Source: Deltaproteobacteria bacterium (GTDB lineage: Bacteria > Desulfobacterota > Syntrophia > Syntrophales > UBA2210). From it: a stretch of 64,000 bases of DNA. This document shows, one piece after another, positions 26,022 through 36,750 of the stretch (the stretch's first letter is position 1; each line of letters begins with the position of its first letter). The translations under genes and the position numbers were made by a program. Location of the stretch: assembly GCA_016933215.1 (NCBI GenBank), contig JAFGBH010000008.1:52854-116853 (forward strand). Direction: 5' to 3'. The notes beneath the pieces were generated by a model. That model was not told where the DNA came from, ran no database searches, and was given only the letters and a program-made list of their open reading frames with translations.

Positions 26022-27359
26022 ATGAATCCTCTCACAAGCCCGCTTCTCACCGACCTCTATCAGCTCACTATGCTGCAGGGTTATATCGATCACGAAATGC
26101 ATGAGGAGGCTGTATTTGAATTTTTCATACGAAACATGCCGGAGAGCAGGAACTTCTTTGTGTCGGCGGGTCTTGAATCGGTACTGGAGTTTCTCGAAGA
26201 ATGTCGATTTTCCGACGAAGAGATGAGCTATCTCGACAGTACCGGGAGATTCACCGAGAGTCTTCTTCAGTATCTGCGACAGTTCAGATTCAAAGGCGAT
26301 GTGCATGCCCTCCCCGAGGGAACCATTTTTTTTCCGAATGAACCGGTCATTCGTATCAGGGCTCCGCTTCCCGAGGCACAGTTAATCGAGAGTCGAATAA
26401 TAAATATCATTCATTATCAGTCACTGATCGCCACAAAGGCCGCCCGCTGCTACCTCGCCGCCGAGGGGAAGGCCAGTCTGATCGACTTCGGCCTCAGGAG
26501 GACCCACGGGGCAGAGGCAGGTCTCTTTGCCGCTCGTGCCTCATATATCGCGGGATTTACGGGAACCGCGACAGTTATTGCCGAACCTCTCTACGGCATA
26601 CCGATCTTCGGAACCATGGCCCATTCATTTATCGAGGCGCAGAAAAACGAGAAGGAGGCCTTCATAAACTTTGCCCTTTCCAACCCCGGAAATGTCACCC
26701 TTCTCATCGACACCTACGACACACTGAAAGGTGCCGAAACGGTCGTCGAAACGGCGGAATTTCTCAAAAAAAGGGAGATTACAATAAATGCCGTCCGTCT
26801 CGACAGCGGAGATCTGGCGGAACTGGGCAAGAAAGTGCGAACCATCCTCGACGATGGCGGTCTCAGTGATGTGAACATCTTTGTCAGCGGAAATCTTGAT
26901 GAGTTTATGATCCGGGATCTCTTCGAAAAGGGTGCGCCCATCGACGGTTTTGGCGTAGGGACCCGTCTGGACACATCGGCAGACAGTCCCTATTTTGACT
27001 GTGCCTACAAGCTCACTGAATACGGCGGCGAACCGAAGCTTAAAAAATCGGAAGGAAAGGCAACCTGGCCCGGGCCCAAGCAGGTATTTCGCACCTATGA
27101 AGGGGCGGTAATGTCGAAAGACATCATTACGACGGACAGCGACACAAAGGACGGCACACCCCTCCTGCGGCAATTCATGAAAAGGGGGAAACGTCTGGAA
27201 GGTCCCCGGCCGCTCGAGGAAATAAAGCACTATACCGTGCATGAATACGGAACCCTTCCGCTTGATCTGAGGGGACTCGAAAAATCGGTCCCCTACCCCG
27301 TCGAAATATCCGACGAGCTTGCGAAATTAAGAAAGAAGGTGGAAGAAAAGCTCCCCTGA
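26022..27359 (+). CDS. pncB: nicotinate phosphoribosyltransferase
   Basis: 'LLTDLYQLTM', 'FGLRR', 'GTMAHSF' and 'VRLDSGD' motifs. Confidence 0.85.
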   Translation: MNPLTSPLLTDLYQLTMLQGYIDHEMHEEAVFEFFIRNMPESRNFFVSAGLESVLEFLEECRFSDEEMSYLDSTGRFTESLLQYLRQFRFKGDVHALPEGTIFFPNEPVIRIRAPLPEAQLIESRIINIIHYQSLIATKAARCYLAAEGKASLIDFGLRRTHGAEAGLFAARASYIAGFTGTATVIAEPLYGIPIFGTMAHSFIEAQKNEKEAFINFALSNPGNVTLLIDTYDTLKGAETVVETAEFLKKREITINAVRLDSGDLAELGKKVRTILDDGGLSDVNIFVSGNLDEFMIRDLFEKGAPIDGFGVGTRLDTSADSPYFDCAYKLTEYGGEPKLKKSEGKATWPGPKQVFRTYEGAVMSKDIITTDSDTKDGTPLLRQFMKRGKRLEGPRPLEEIKHYTVHEYGTLPLDLRGLEKSVPYPVEISDELAKLRKKVEEKLP

Positions 27360-27496
27360 TAGGAGCACTCCTCTGCATCGCCTTCCTTTTTTCGAGAAAA
27401 TCCATCTTTTTTATTTTATTTAAGAGAACTTTCTGTATAGAGTGCCACAAGATTATTCAAAAACGCTCCATAAAACCACCGAAGGAGTATTACGAA

Positions 27497-29146
27497 ATGA
27501 GCTTAATAAAACGGATGTTCTTTCCCGTACTGATTGTCCCCTTCTTTTTTTTAGGGGCCTGCGGAAGCAGCGGTCCTGACAATAATTCAGCCGCAAAAAA
27601 GGTCTCTGAAGGAAGTGGCCCCGCCTACGGTGACATCATCGTTGAAGGTTCAATCGGCGACGCCTCAAATCTCATCCCTATCCTCTCCACGGACAGCACA
27701 TCACACGGGATATCAGGCATGGTATTCAACGGCCTCATAAAATACGACAAAGATACGAATGTGATTGGTGATCTTGCCGAATCCTGGGATATCTCCGAGG
27801 ACGGCCTCGTCATTACCTTTCACCTGAGAAAGGGAGTAACCTGGCACGACGGGGAACCATTCACCGCCGACGATGTCCTTTATACCTACCAGGTCACCGT
27901 TGACCCGAAAACACCCACGGCCTATGCAGGCGACTTTTTGAAGGTAAAAAAGGCTGAGATTATAGACCCCTACACCTTTCGTGTCACCTATGACAAACCC
28001 TTTGCAACGGCACTCACCAGCTGGGGAACCGCCATATTGCCGAAACACCTTCTGGAAGGAGAAGACATTACAAAATCTCCCCTGACGAGACACCCGGTGG
28101 GAACTGGACCATATATCTTCAAGGAGTGGATAACGGGGCAGAAAATAACCCTCATGTCAAATCGTGACTATTTCGAGGGGAGACCTTATATAGACGGCTA
28201 TATAATGCGCATCATCCCCGATATGGCAACGATGTTCCTCGAACTCAGGGCAAAGGGCATCGACGAGATGAATCTCACCCCCCTCCAGCATACGAGGCAG
28301 ACGGAAAACGACCTCTTCCGTGAAAACTTCAATAAGTACCGATACCTCTCCTTCGGCTACACCTATCTCGGCTATAATCTCGAAAAGCCCCTCTTTCAGG
28401 ACAGGAGGGTCAGACAGGCAATAACCCACGCCATAAACAAGGAAGAGATAATTGACGGTGTTCTCCTGGGGCTGGGAAAGGTTGCCACGGGACCCTTCAA
28501 GCCCGGGACATGGCCCTATAATCCCGATATAAAGCGGTACGCCTATGATCCCGAAAAAGCGAAGGAACTGCTGAGGCAAGCAGGATGGACTGATACCGAT
28601 GGAGACGGCATCCTTGACCGGGAGGGAATGCCCTTCTCCTTTGAAATCATCACAAATCAGGGAAACGAGATGAGGGCGAAATGCGCCGAGATTATACAGA
28701 GGAGGCTCGCCGACATAGGAATAGAGGTCAAAATCCGGATTATAGAGTGGGCCGCCTTTATAAACGATTTTATCAACAAAAAAAATTTCGAGGCCACCAT
28801 CCTGGGATGGTCTATTACCCTCGATCCTGACCCCTACGATGTATGGCACTCGAGCAAGACGAAACCGGGAGAACTTAATTTCATATCCTTCAAAAACAGC
28901 GAGATTGACAAACTCCTCGAAAAGGGGAGGGGCACCTTCGATCAGGCCGAAAGGAAAGAGTGTTACTATCAGATGCAGGAGATACTCGCCGAGGAACAGC
29001 CCTATACGTTTCTCTACGTTCCCGATGCCCTTCCCATCATCAGCGCCCGTTTCAGGGGGATCGAACCCTCAGCCATCGGCATCGGTTACAATTTTATCGA
29101 ATGGTATGCTCCGAAGGCGGAACAGCGGTATGTCATGACCAGATAG
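27497..29146 (+). CDS. ABC transporter substrate-binding protein, family 5 (peptide/nickel type), lipoprotein
   Basis: Lipobox 'LGAC'. 'FHLRKGVTWHDGEPFTADDV' is the SBP_bac_5 signature region. No permease or ATPase genes adjoin it. Confidence 0.8.
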   Translation: MSLIKRMFFPVLIVPFFFLGACGSSGPDNNSAAKKVSEGSGPAYGDIIVEGSIGDASNLIPILSTDSTSHGISGMVFNGLIKYDKDTNVIGDLAESWDISEDGLVITFHLRKGVTWHDGEPFTADDVLYTYQVTVDPKTPTAYAGDFLKVKKAEIIDPYTFRVTYDKPFATALTSWGTAILPKHLLEGEDITKSPLTRHPVGTGPYIFKEWITGQKITLMSNRDYFEGRPYIDGYIMRIIPDMATMFLELRAKGIDEMNLTPLQHTRQTENDLFRENFNKYRYLSFGYTYLGYNLEKPLFQDRRVRQAITHAINKEEIIDGVLLGLGKVATGPFKPGTWPYNPDIKRYAYDPEKAKELLRQAGWTDTDGDGILDREGMPFSFEIITNQGNEMRAKCAEIIQRRLADIGIEVKIRIIEWAAFINDFINKKNFEATILGWSITLDPDPYDVWHSSKTKPGELNFISFKNSEIDKLLEKGRGTFDQAERKECYYQMQEILAEEQPYTFLYVPDALPIISARFRGIEPSAIGIGYNFIEWYAPKAEQRYVMTR

Positions 29147-29163
29147 GGGGGAGTCAAGGGAAG

Positions 29164-30555
29164 CTACTCTTCCGTTTGCAGGGTATCCTCAAGATATTCC
29201 CTGAATTCACCGTAATCGCCCGTTAATTCAATCGGCTCGCCTTTCCTCGCTTCCAGACCCCTCATACTCTCGGGAACGTCAGGGGCAATATTGAGGAGTT
29301 CGATGATCTCATCGGGGAACTTGGCCGGGTGGGCCGTTTCGAGAGAGACGCAGAGGGGAAAATCCCCCTCCCTTTCAAGATATATCTCAAGTCCCCTCCA
29401 CCCCACGGCACCGTGGGGCTCGAGAATAAGGCCATAGGTATCGTAGGCCTTCCTTATACAGTTCTTGGTCATTGCATCGGAGATACTGACCGAAAAGATA
29501 CGCCGTCTCATCTCATCCAGATCGGGAGAGCGGTGCACCCTTCCCGTTCTGTCAACAGTACCGCCATAGAGCTCGAAAAAGCGGGCCAGGTTGCTCGGAT
29601 GTCCCACGTTCATGGCGTTTGAAAGGCATGCCCGTGAGGGGGAAACTTTCTCATACTGGCCGCTTTTAAGAAAACCGGGGAATTCGTCGTTTTCATTGGT
29701 GGGCATGATCAGTCGTTTTACCGGCAACCCCATCCTCCGGGCATAATCGCAACCCAGGGCATTTCCGAAGTTGCCCGAGGGCACGCATATCACGATTTCC
29801 TCCCCCTTCTCACATAACTGGGAGTAGGCGTAGACATAATAGACCATCTGGGGAAGGATGCGTCCGAAATTGATCGAGTTGGCCGAGGTAAAGTTGAGAT
29901 ATTCGAGCGAAGAATCGGAAAAAGCCTCTTTTACAAGATTCTGGCAGTCATCGAACTTCCCTTTTACGGAAAGCGCCTGTACGTTTTCACCGATCGTATC
30001 GAGCTGTTTTTTCTGTCTCCCGCTCACCTCCTCCGCGGGATAGAGGATATTGACGTCGATCCCTTCCACACCCTTGAATGCCTCTCCAACGGCACTCCCC
30101 GTGTCGCCCGACGTTGCGACGAGAACGTTGAGTCGTTTTCCTCTGGGACGAAAATAGCTCATGAGACGGGCCATCATGCGGGCGGCAAAATCCTTGAATG
30201 AAGCCGTGGGGCCCTGATCGAGGCGCATGACATATTTTCGATCGTAGACATTTTCAAGAGGCACGGGGAAGGGATAGGAATCCTCAATAATTATTTTCAA
30301 TAGTTTTTCTTCGATCTCACCGCCGAGGAAGGCCCCGGCCACAAGCATGGCGGCCTCGACATATGGTTTCCCCTTGAGTGAGAAAATGTCCTCATACAAA
30401 AGAGAGGGGACCGTCTCGGGCACATAGAGCCCCTCATCAGGCGCCTGCCCTTGTAGCAGGGCATCGCGAAACGATACGTATCCTTTAAAAGGGATTATAC
30501 CGTCAATCCCTTCCAGGTTCCTGTTCGTGCTGTAATAACGAATCCTATTTTCCAT
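29164..30555 (-). CDS. thrC: threonine synthase (long form)
   Basis: The PLP-lysine motif 'SFKDFAARMMA', 'ATSGDTGSA' and a length of 463 aa. Confidence 0.85.
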   Translation of the reverse strand: MENRIRYYSTNRNLEGIDGIIPFKGYVSFRDALLQGQAPDEGLYVPETVPSLLYEDIFSLKGKPYVEAAMLVAGAFLGGEIEEKLLKIIIEDSYPFPVPLENVYDRKYVMRLDQGPTASFKDFAARMMARLMSYFRPRGKRLNVLVATSGDTGSAVGEAFKGVEGIDVNILYPAEEVSGRQKKQLDTIGENVQALSVKGKFDDCQNLVKEAFSDSSLEYLNFTSANSINFGRILPQMVYYVYAYSQLCEKGEEIVICVPSGNFGNALGCDYARRMGLPVKRLIMPTNENDEFPGFLKSGQYEKVSPSRACLSNAMNVGHPSNLARFFELYGGTVDRTGRVHRSPDLDEMRRRIFSVSISDAMTKNCIRKAYDTYGLILEPHGAVGWRGLEIYLEREGDFPLCVSLETAHPAKFPDEIIELLNIAPDVPESMRGLEARKGEPIELTGDYGEFREYLEDTLQTEE

Positions 30556-31483
30556 ACGTCACATTTATCTCAAAGGTCCTCAAAAAATCAAAAAAGAGCC
30601 GGTGATGTTTCATCAGGTTCAGCTGCTTCTTGTAGATAACATAGAAATCCCGTTCAATTCGACAATTTCTTACGGGTATTTCGACAAGAAGGCCGCTTCT
30701 TATTTCCCTTCTCACCGCATGATGAGAGATGATGGATATACCGAGCCCTGCGATGACGGCCTCCTTGACCGCTTCAGAGCTCCCCAGCTCGCCTATGATA
30801 TTGAAGACCGAAAGATCCCACTTTTTCTCTTCATGGAGATACTTTTCCAGCGTGGCCCTCGTAGCGGAACCGTGCTCTCTGATGACAAACGGTTCCTCTG
30901 AAATCTCATCGAGACTGACAGATTTTCTGCCCTCCCATTTGTGCTGTTGCGGTACCACCAGTATCATTTGATCCTTCCACAGCCTCTCGGCATAAAGCTT
31001 CCCGTGTTCAATGGGCCTCCCGATAAATCCGATTTCCGCCTCATCGTCCAGGATCATGGCTACCGTCTCTTCGCTGTCGCGCGTTTTCACAAAACAATTG
31101 ATCTCCGGATATAAATTCTTAAAGGCCTGAATAAAGTGAGGAAGGATATAGGTGGCCGGTATCGTACTGGCTGTTATGTAAATGTTTCCCGCTTCGTTCT
31201 CGCGCATCCGTGCGATCTTCTCCCCCGTTTCGTCAATCATCCTGAATATCCGCTTCGCACTCTCGTAGATGACTCTGCCCTCCGGGGTAAGGTTGATACC
31301 CGTCTGTTTTCTCACCATTACCCTTGTACCGACAATGTCTTCAAGATGCTGAATGTGCTTCGTCAGGGAGGGCTGGGAGAGTCTCATCTTTTTTGCCGCC
31401 CTGCTGAAACTCCGTTCTTTCACCACGTTAACGAGGGATTCGAGCTGTTGAATGGTGATATTCCTGAAATTACTGTAATTCAT
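30545..31483 (-). CDS. LysR family transcriptional regulator
   Basis: HTH 'SFSRAAKKMRLSQPSLTKHIQHLE' plus a substrate-binding domain. Start probably at M10 (31483); the ORF track gives 31510. Divergent from selD. Confidence 0.85.
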   Translation of the reverse strand: MNYSNFRNITIQQLESLVNVVKERSFSRAAKKMRLSQPSLTKHIQHLEDIVGTRVMVRKQTGINLTPEGRVIYESAKRIFRMIDETGEKIARMRENEAGNIYITASTIPATYILPHFIQAFKNLYPEINCFVKTRDSEETVAMILDDEAEIGFIGRPIEHGKLYAERLWKDQMILVVPQQHKWEGRKSVSLDEISEEPFVIREHGSATRATLEKYLHEEKKWDLSVFNIIGELGSSEAVKEAVIAGLGISIISHHAVRREIRSGLLVEIPVRNCRIERDFYVIYKKQLNLMKHHRLFFDFLRTFEINVTYGK

Positions 31484-31613
31484 GGAGTCGGGATACCATA
31501 ACAATTTCACATAATCAACAGCTATTCATAACAATAATGAATTTGACTTATTCATTTCACTCCGCTAATTTTCTTATCGGGGAAAAATATATCAATAGAA
31601 GGAATGGACACTC

Positions 31614-32666
31614 ATGAATGACAGGGAGAAAATCCGCCTCACGGAGATGGTAAGTGGTGCGGGGTGAGCCTGTAAAATAGGTCCGGGAGACCTGAATAAG
31701 GCACTCTGCGATTTACCGCTGATTACCGATCCGAATCTCATTGCCGGAATCGAGCATTGTGATGATGCCGGGGTGTATAAACTGACCGATGATATCGCAT
31801 TGATCCAAACAGTCGATTTTTTTACGCCCATCGTCGATGATCCTTATACCTTCGGCCTGGTAACGGCGGCAAATGCCCTCTCCGATGTCTATGCCATGGG
31901 CGGAATTCCTCTTACGGCAATGAATATCATCTGCTTTCCCATAAAAACGATGGATATATCGGTCCTCCATGAGATTTTGAGAGGCGGTCTCGACAAAATG
32001 AGAGAGGCAAATGTCCTGCTCGTTGGTGGTCACAGCGTCGATGACGATGAGTTAAAGTATGGGTTATCCCTATCGGGAACAGTACACCCGGAAAAGGTTA
32101 TCCTGAACAGGGGTGCCCGGCCGGGGGATTCTCTCATTATTACGAAACCGCTCGGCACGGGGATTATCAATACGGCCCTGAAGGCGAATATGGCAAGTGA
32201 CGAACTCGTCGATAAAGCCACGGAGTCCATGACGGAGCTGAACAAAAAGGCTTCCGAGATGATGGTTCAATCGACCACGATTCACGCCTGTACCGACGTC
32301 ACGGGATTCGGCCTTCTCGGCCACGCAGCCGAAATGATCGAGGGAAGCGATGCGGGAATGATTATCGATTCTTCAGCGGTACCGATACTCGGAGATATAA
32401 AGGAGTTTGTTGACATGGGAATTATGCCAGGCGGTCTTCACCGTAACAAAACATTCCGCCTTCCCATAATTGAAAAGAAAGCGTCCTGCCCCGACTGGAT
32501 ATTCGACGTCATGTTCGATCCCCAGACATCGGGGGGACTTCTCATCTCCCTTCCCCATCAAGAGGCGGTAGAATTGTGCAAAAAAATGAATGAAGAAGGA
32601 ATTACAAACGCTGCCATCGTAGGAAAAGTAACCGATGAACCGAAGGGGAAAATTATCGTAACATAG
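31614..32666 (+). CDS. selD: selenide, water dikinase (selenophosphate synthetase); selenocysteine form with in-frame UGA at 31665..31667
   Basis: Translating from the ATG at 31614 gives MNDREKIRLTEMVSGAG-U-ACKIGPGDL..., in frame with ORF 31773..32666. This is the SelD active-site loop (G-x-G-C/U-x-C-K). Confidence 0.85.
31668..31700 (+). promoter_or_regulatory. putative bacterial SECIS element
   Basis: Hairpin aggtc-cggga-gacct at 31679..31693 begins 11 nt after the UGA. This is the spacing known for E. coli fdhF-type SECIS. Confidence 0.6.
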
Positions 32667-32680
32667 TAATCTTGGGGAAT

Positions 32681-32740
32681 GTCGTATAACGTAATTCGTA
32701 ATTCGCATATCGGTTTCCGTTATGCGAATTTCGATTTCCC
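32681..32740. repeat. CGTAA/TTCG-rich repeat, second locus
   Basis: gtcgtataacgtaattcgtaattcgcatatcggtttccgttatgcgaatttcgatttccc. Shares cgaatttcgattt with 18303..18427. Also lies between convergent genes. Confidence 0.6.
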
Positions 32741-32763
32741 TTGAAAATAAATCCTGCCATCCA

Positions 32764-33345
32764 TCACGAGGGATACTCCACATCGACATATCTGTCATTG
32801 ACTTTTATCTCATTTAAAAAGGGCTCGAAAACGAGGGTAAAGGAATCACTGCCGTCGACGAGATGGACTACGGTGGGCTGTACATACCCCTCCTTAAAAA
32901 ACCTGATTATGATCTCTCCGTCGGTCTGTTTTTCCCTGCCGAAGCGATATCCGTCGGCAATTTTCACATTTCCGGGGAGGTGATATGATCGTTTTTTTGC
33001 CTCGTTTTTTCCCTCGGGGGTCATGTCGGAGGTATGAAACCAGATCAATCTCTCATTGATATCGAGATAGAGAACGTAATCAATCTGCTCCCTGACGGAA
33101 CTACCCCTCAGTTCCAACGCTGTTTGCGTCAGATAATTGACCGAAGATTTCAACTCATTGGTAAGAACCGTATCCCTTACCCGGGGAACGGCAATAAGGA
33201 GCATCAAACCGACAAGAAAAACGACCACGGTGAGCTCGACGAGGGTAAAACCGCGTCTATTCAATTTCCCAGCTCGTGATATCCTTATTCTTCCCTTCAC
33301 CACCAGGCTCCCCGTCGGCACCATAGGAAATAAGATCGAAATCAC
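32764..33345 (-). CDS. gspH: type II secretion minor pseudopilin (GspH-like)
   Basis: Prepilin-type N-terminus '[19 protein letters not shown]'. The true start is probably the TTG at 33264, overlapping the gspG stop, which would give about 167 aa. Confidence 0.65.
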   Translation of the reverse strand: MISILFPMVPTGSLVVKGRIRISRAGKLNRRGFTLVELTVVVFLVGLMLLIAVPRVRDTVLTNELKSSVNYLTQTALELRGSSVREQIDYVLYLDINERLIWFHTSDMTPEGKNEAKKRSYHLPGNVKIADGYRFGREKQTDGEIIIRFFKEGYVQPTVVHLVDGSDSFTLVFEPFLNEIKVNDRYVDVEYPS

Positions 33346-33709
33346 CCTGTGTTCCCGGACTCAGATAGATGTATTCGTTACCCCAGGGGTCTTTGGGAAT
33401 CTTTCCCTTTTCCAGATATCCTCCCTCTCTCCAGCTCACGGCGAGTTCACCCACTTCGGGAGGTTCAACGAGGGACTGTAATCCCTGTTCGGTCGTGGGA
33501 TAACTGCCGTTATCAAGCTGGTAGAGTTTCAGGGCCGTTTCAATGCTCTCTATCTGAATCCTCGCCTTCGCCTGCCTCGCCTCTTCCGGCCGCCCCATTA
33601 TCCTCGGTACAATGAGTCCCGCAAGGATACCCAGGATAACAATGACCACCATAAGCTCAATAAGGGTAAATCCCCGTTCATCACATCTTTTCCTCATAAT
33701 GTTCTCCAT
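33257..33709 (-). CDS. gspG: type II secretion major pseudopilin GspG
   Basis: '[23 protein letters not shown]' plus '[17 protein letters not shown]' and 'DPWGNEYIY', the GspG signature. Confidence 0.9.
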   Translation of the reverse strand: MENIMRKRCDERGFTLIELMVVIVILGILAGLIVPRIMGRPEEARQAKARIQIESIETALKLYQLDNGSYPTTEQGLQSLVEPPEVGELAVSWREGGYLEKGKIPKDPWGNEYIYLSPGTQGDFDLISYGADGEPGGEGKNKDITSWEIE

Positions 33710-33742
33710 TTATTTTCGCCTCGAAATAGCCTCTTCATATTC

Positions 33743-34972
33743 TTATCGTATAAGTTGATTCATCTCAAAAATCGGCAGCAGTATTGATATCACGATAAAG
33801 CCGACAAACAAACCCATAACAAGTATCATGACAGGCTCCAGGAGGGATGTTATCATCATTATATTGGACTCCACTTCATTTTCATAGCTGTCAGATACCT
33901 TATAGAGCATCTGCTCGATATTCCCGCTCTGCTCTCCCACAGAGATCATTTGAATGGTAAGCGGCGGAAAGAGCTCGCTTTTTGACAGTGAACCGGACAG
34001 GCTCTGCCCTTCCTCAACCTCTTTGCGAGCGTTTTCAATCACGTCGGAAATCAGCCTGTTGTTCACGATATTCTTTACGATGAAAAGTGCCGAGAGAAGC
34101 GGGACACCGCTTTCGAGGAGTGTACCCAGGGTACGGCTGAAGCGGGCCACGGCAATCTTATGAGAAAGGGAACCCACAAGAGGCATCCTGAGCCTTATCC
34201 TGTCCCACATATACTTCCCCCGCTCGGTCTTCGTAAAGGCATACCTGAGCCCGGCAAAAAGGGCTGCGATTAAAAGGAGGAGTACAAACCAGAACGATCG
34301 CAGAAAACCGCTCACCGAGATGAGAAGAATCGTTATACCGGGGAGGGTCTGGTTCATGTCCTCGAAGATACTTGTAATTCGGGGAACGATGAAGGTAACC
34401 ATAAAAAAAAGGACGACACTTCCGACAAGAAACATGAACACCGGATAGGTCAATGCCGCCCTTACCTTCCCTCTGAGCGCCTGCTGTCGTTCATTAAAAT
34501 CTGCCAGCCTGTCCAGGACTATATTGAGTGCACCCGAGGCTTCTCCCGCCCTCACCATGCTCACATAGAAGGCGGAGAAAATACCGGGGTAATGGGAGAT
34601 GCTTTCGGCAAGGCTGTTTCCTTCATTTACCTCCTCTTTTATCTCAGCCATCGTCTTTTTCAAATGCGGATTGACCGTCTGGGAAACAATAGCAGCAAGT
34701 GAAGGAACGAGCGGAAGACCGGCACTGAGGAGGGTTGCGAGCTGGCGTGTCATAATCGATATTTCCCTGAGACCGACCTTTTTAAAGAGTCTTCCCAGGG
34801 ATATTCTTGTATGACCCTCGTCGCGTTCCTTTGCGGTTGTCTCTCTAAGATCAGTAGGAAAGATATTCGTCTCCCGCAACTTCTGTCGCGCAGAAATGAT
34901 GCTGTCGGCATCGATGATGCCCTTCAGTCTCTTACCCTTCACATTGAGAGCACTGTACTCATAAACGGCCAT
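33743..34972 (-). CDS. gspF: type II secretion inner-membrane platform protein GspF
   Basis: 409 aa with duplicated T2SSF domains ('TRQLATLLSAGLPL', 'SRTLGTLLESGVPLL'). Confidence 0.9.
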   Translation of the reverse strand: MAVYEYSALNVKGKRLKGIIDADSIISARQKLRETNIFPTDLRETTAKERDEGHTRISLGRLFKKVGLREISIMTRQLATLLSAGLPLVPSLAAIVSQTVNPHLKKTMAEIKEEVNEGNSLAESISHYPGIFSAFYVSMVRAGEASGALNIVLDRLADFNERQQALRGKVRAALTYPVFMFLVGSVVLFFMVTFIVPRITSIFEDMNQTLPGITILLISVSGFLRSFWFVLLLLIAALFAGLRYAFTKTERGKYMWDRIRLRMPLVGSLSHKIAVARFSRTLGTLLESGVPLLSALFIVKNIVNNRLISDVIENARKEVEEGQSLSGSLSKSELFPPLTIQMISVGEQSGNIEQMLYKVSDSYENEVESNIMMITSLLEPVMILVMGLFVGFIVISILLPIFEMNQLIR

Positions 34973-35157
34973 AAATTATTACTTTCTTGAGAACATAGTG
35001 GGAGTGATTTTCTCTAACATATCACAAAACCCTTTTCAATATAAGACGGAGATGATTGACGATATATTTTGCGGGAAATCTTTTTCCATGACGGTTTTTC
35101 TTGAATTGTCCTCTATCTTGTTCTACCTTTTGATTACTTTTAGAAAGGGAGGTTATC

Positions 35158-35952
35158 ATGGGCATCGAATTTACAATAGAAAGCAATATCGCAAAGGTGG
35201 GGTTAAACATACCTGAAACAAAAAACGCGCTCAGCCCCCAGGCACTCCTTGATCTCTACAGGATCTGGGAAGAGTGCCAGGAAAACAACGATGTGAGAGC
35301 CGTTGTCTTCTACTCCGCACTTCCCGACATTTTCTGCTCGGGAATGGATCTCAAGACAGCGATACCGGTACTCACGGCGGCCCGGGAACCTGAAACAGAA
35401 GCAGAAAAGTGGCTCATTTCGTGGGGCGATGCCGTGGGCAAGGCAATGCTCAAATACAAGGACCTGGACAGGCCTGTCATCGCCGCAATCAACGGATACT
35501 GCCTCACCGGCGGATTCGAAATGGCCATGGGCTGCGAACTCAGGGTTGCATCGGAAGACGCCCTTTTCCAGATGCGCGAGACAACCCTCGGCATCATGCC
35601 GACGGGAGGGTCCAACGTATTTTTACCGATGCAGGTAGGGGCAACACGAGCGATGGAGATTCTCCTCACGGGAAATAACTTCCCTGCATCAACCCTTTAC
35701 GAATGGGGTTTTCTCAACAGGGTTGTGCCGAGGGAAAAACTCATGGACTCTGCCATGGAGCTGGCCGAAAGAATCGCCGGAAACGGCCCCATGTCGGTGA
35801 GAACCATGGTCCGACTCTCGCATCAGATAAAGGGCCTCTCATTCAAGGAAGCGATGGACAAGGAAGTCGAGATGGGGCTCCCCGTATTTATGAGCGCAGA
35901 GGCCCGTGAAGGCGTGAAGGCACAGAGGGAAAAGAGAAAACCCAATTTCTGA
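35158..35952 (+). CDS. enoyl-CoA hydratase/isomerase family protein
   Basis: 'FCSGMDLK' and 'AAINGYCLTGGFEMAMGCE' crotonase motifs. Confidence 0.8.
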   Translation: MGIEFTIESNIAKVGLNIPETKNALSPQALLDLYRIWEECQENNDVRAVVFYSALPDIFCSGMDLKTAIPVLTAAREPETEAEKWLISWGDAVGKAMLKYKDLDRPVIAAINGYCLTGGFEMAMGCELRVASEDALFQMRETTLGIMPTGGSNVFLPMQVGATRAMEILLTGNNFPASTLYEWGFLNRVVPREKLMDSAMELAERIAGNGPMSVRTMVRLSHQIKGLSFKEAMDKEVEMGLPVFMSAEAREGVKAQREKRKPNF

Positions 35953-35982
35953 TGATTGGTTTCGACAGCAACCTTTTATTTC

Positions 35983-36750
35983 TTAGAGGGGAAGGTTTTC
36001 TGTGTCGGGAATCGTAAACCGCCAGGCGCAGAACCATTCCTCGGGATGAGGGTCAGGCGGACAGCCGATACACTCCGTCGTGATTCTCGAATCGATGGCT
36101 TCGGCAAAATAGGCATACTCTACGAGACCCGCCGACTTGCAGGGGTAATCGTCGAGCCCCCTCCGTTTTCTCGCCGATTGAACCCGGCAGTCATTCATCT
36201 GGAACATAATACTGTTTGGTCCCTCGTCGATAATCGACTGGACATTAATCCTTGCATACATCCTGAATCTGAGCGCCTTTTTCAGACCCTCAATTCCCGC
36301 TTTTTCGGGCAGCCCCAGAAATTCCTTGATCGACCATGCCTCGAAGGGCGAAAATCGCGTCCAGCATGAATCGTTGCATCGTTTCGCGTCATTCATCCCG
36401 TGGACATTCTCCACTGCCTGAAACCATATCCCGTCATTGGCAATCCAGTTCACACCAAGGTTGTTCGTGAGGTCAAGGAGTTCCTCTTTCGTCATATCGA
36501 GAAGCGCCTTCGGAATACCGTCAAACATTTCGAAACCGAGTACCTTCGCGAGTCGATTCATCTGAACCGTGTAGGACTGATCTTTCACTTTTTTCAGTAT
36601 GTCCAGGGACTTCTTCATCCCCATCTGATGCTCAACTTCCATAAACCAGAGGGTGTAGTGGACCAGGGTCCGGTGAAACATATCGAGAACGTATCTCGCA
36701 AGATCCTTCTGATCCAGATTTTCCGGATCTTCTACCTTTTCATTCATCAT
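35983..36750 (-). CDS. hypothetical protein (Cys-containing C-terminus, family not recognised)
   Basis: A 255-aa ORF whose start overlaps the stop of the upstream threonine aldolase gene by 4 nt. 'CIGCPPDPHPEEWFCAWRF' at the C-terminus. Function unknown. Confidence 0.5.
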   Translation of the reverse strand: MMNEKVEDPENLDQKDLARYVLDMFHRTLVHYTLWFMEVEHQMGMKKSLDILKKVKDQSYTVQMNRLAKVLGFEMFDGIPKALLDMTKEELLDLTNNLGVNWIANDGIWFQAVENVHGMNDAKRCNDSCWTRFSPFEAWSIKEFLGLPEKAGIEGLKKALRFRMYARINVQSIIDEGPNSIMFQMNDCRVQSARKRRGLDDYPCKSAGLVEYAYFAEAIDSRITTECIGCPPDPHPEEWFCAWRFTIPDTENLPL

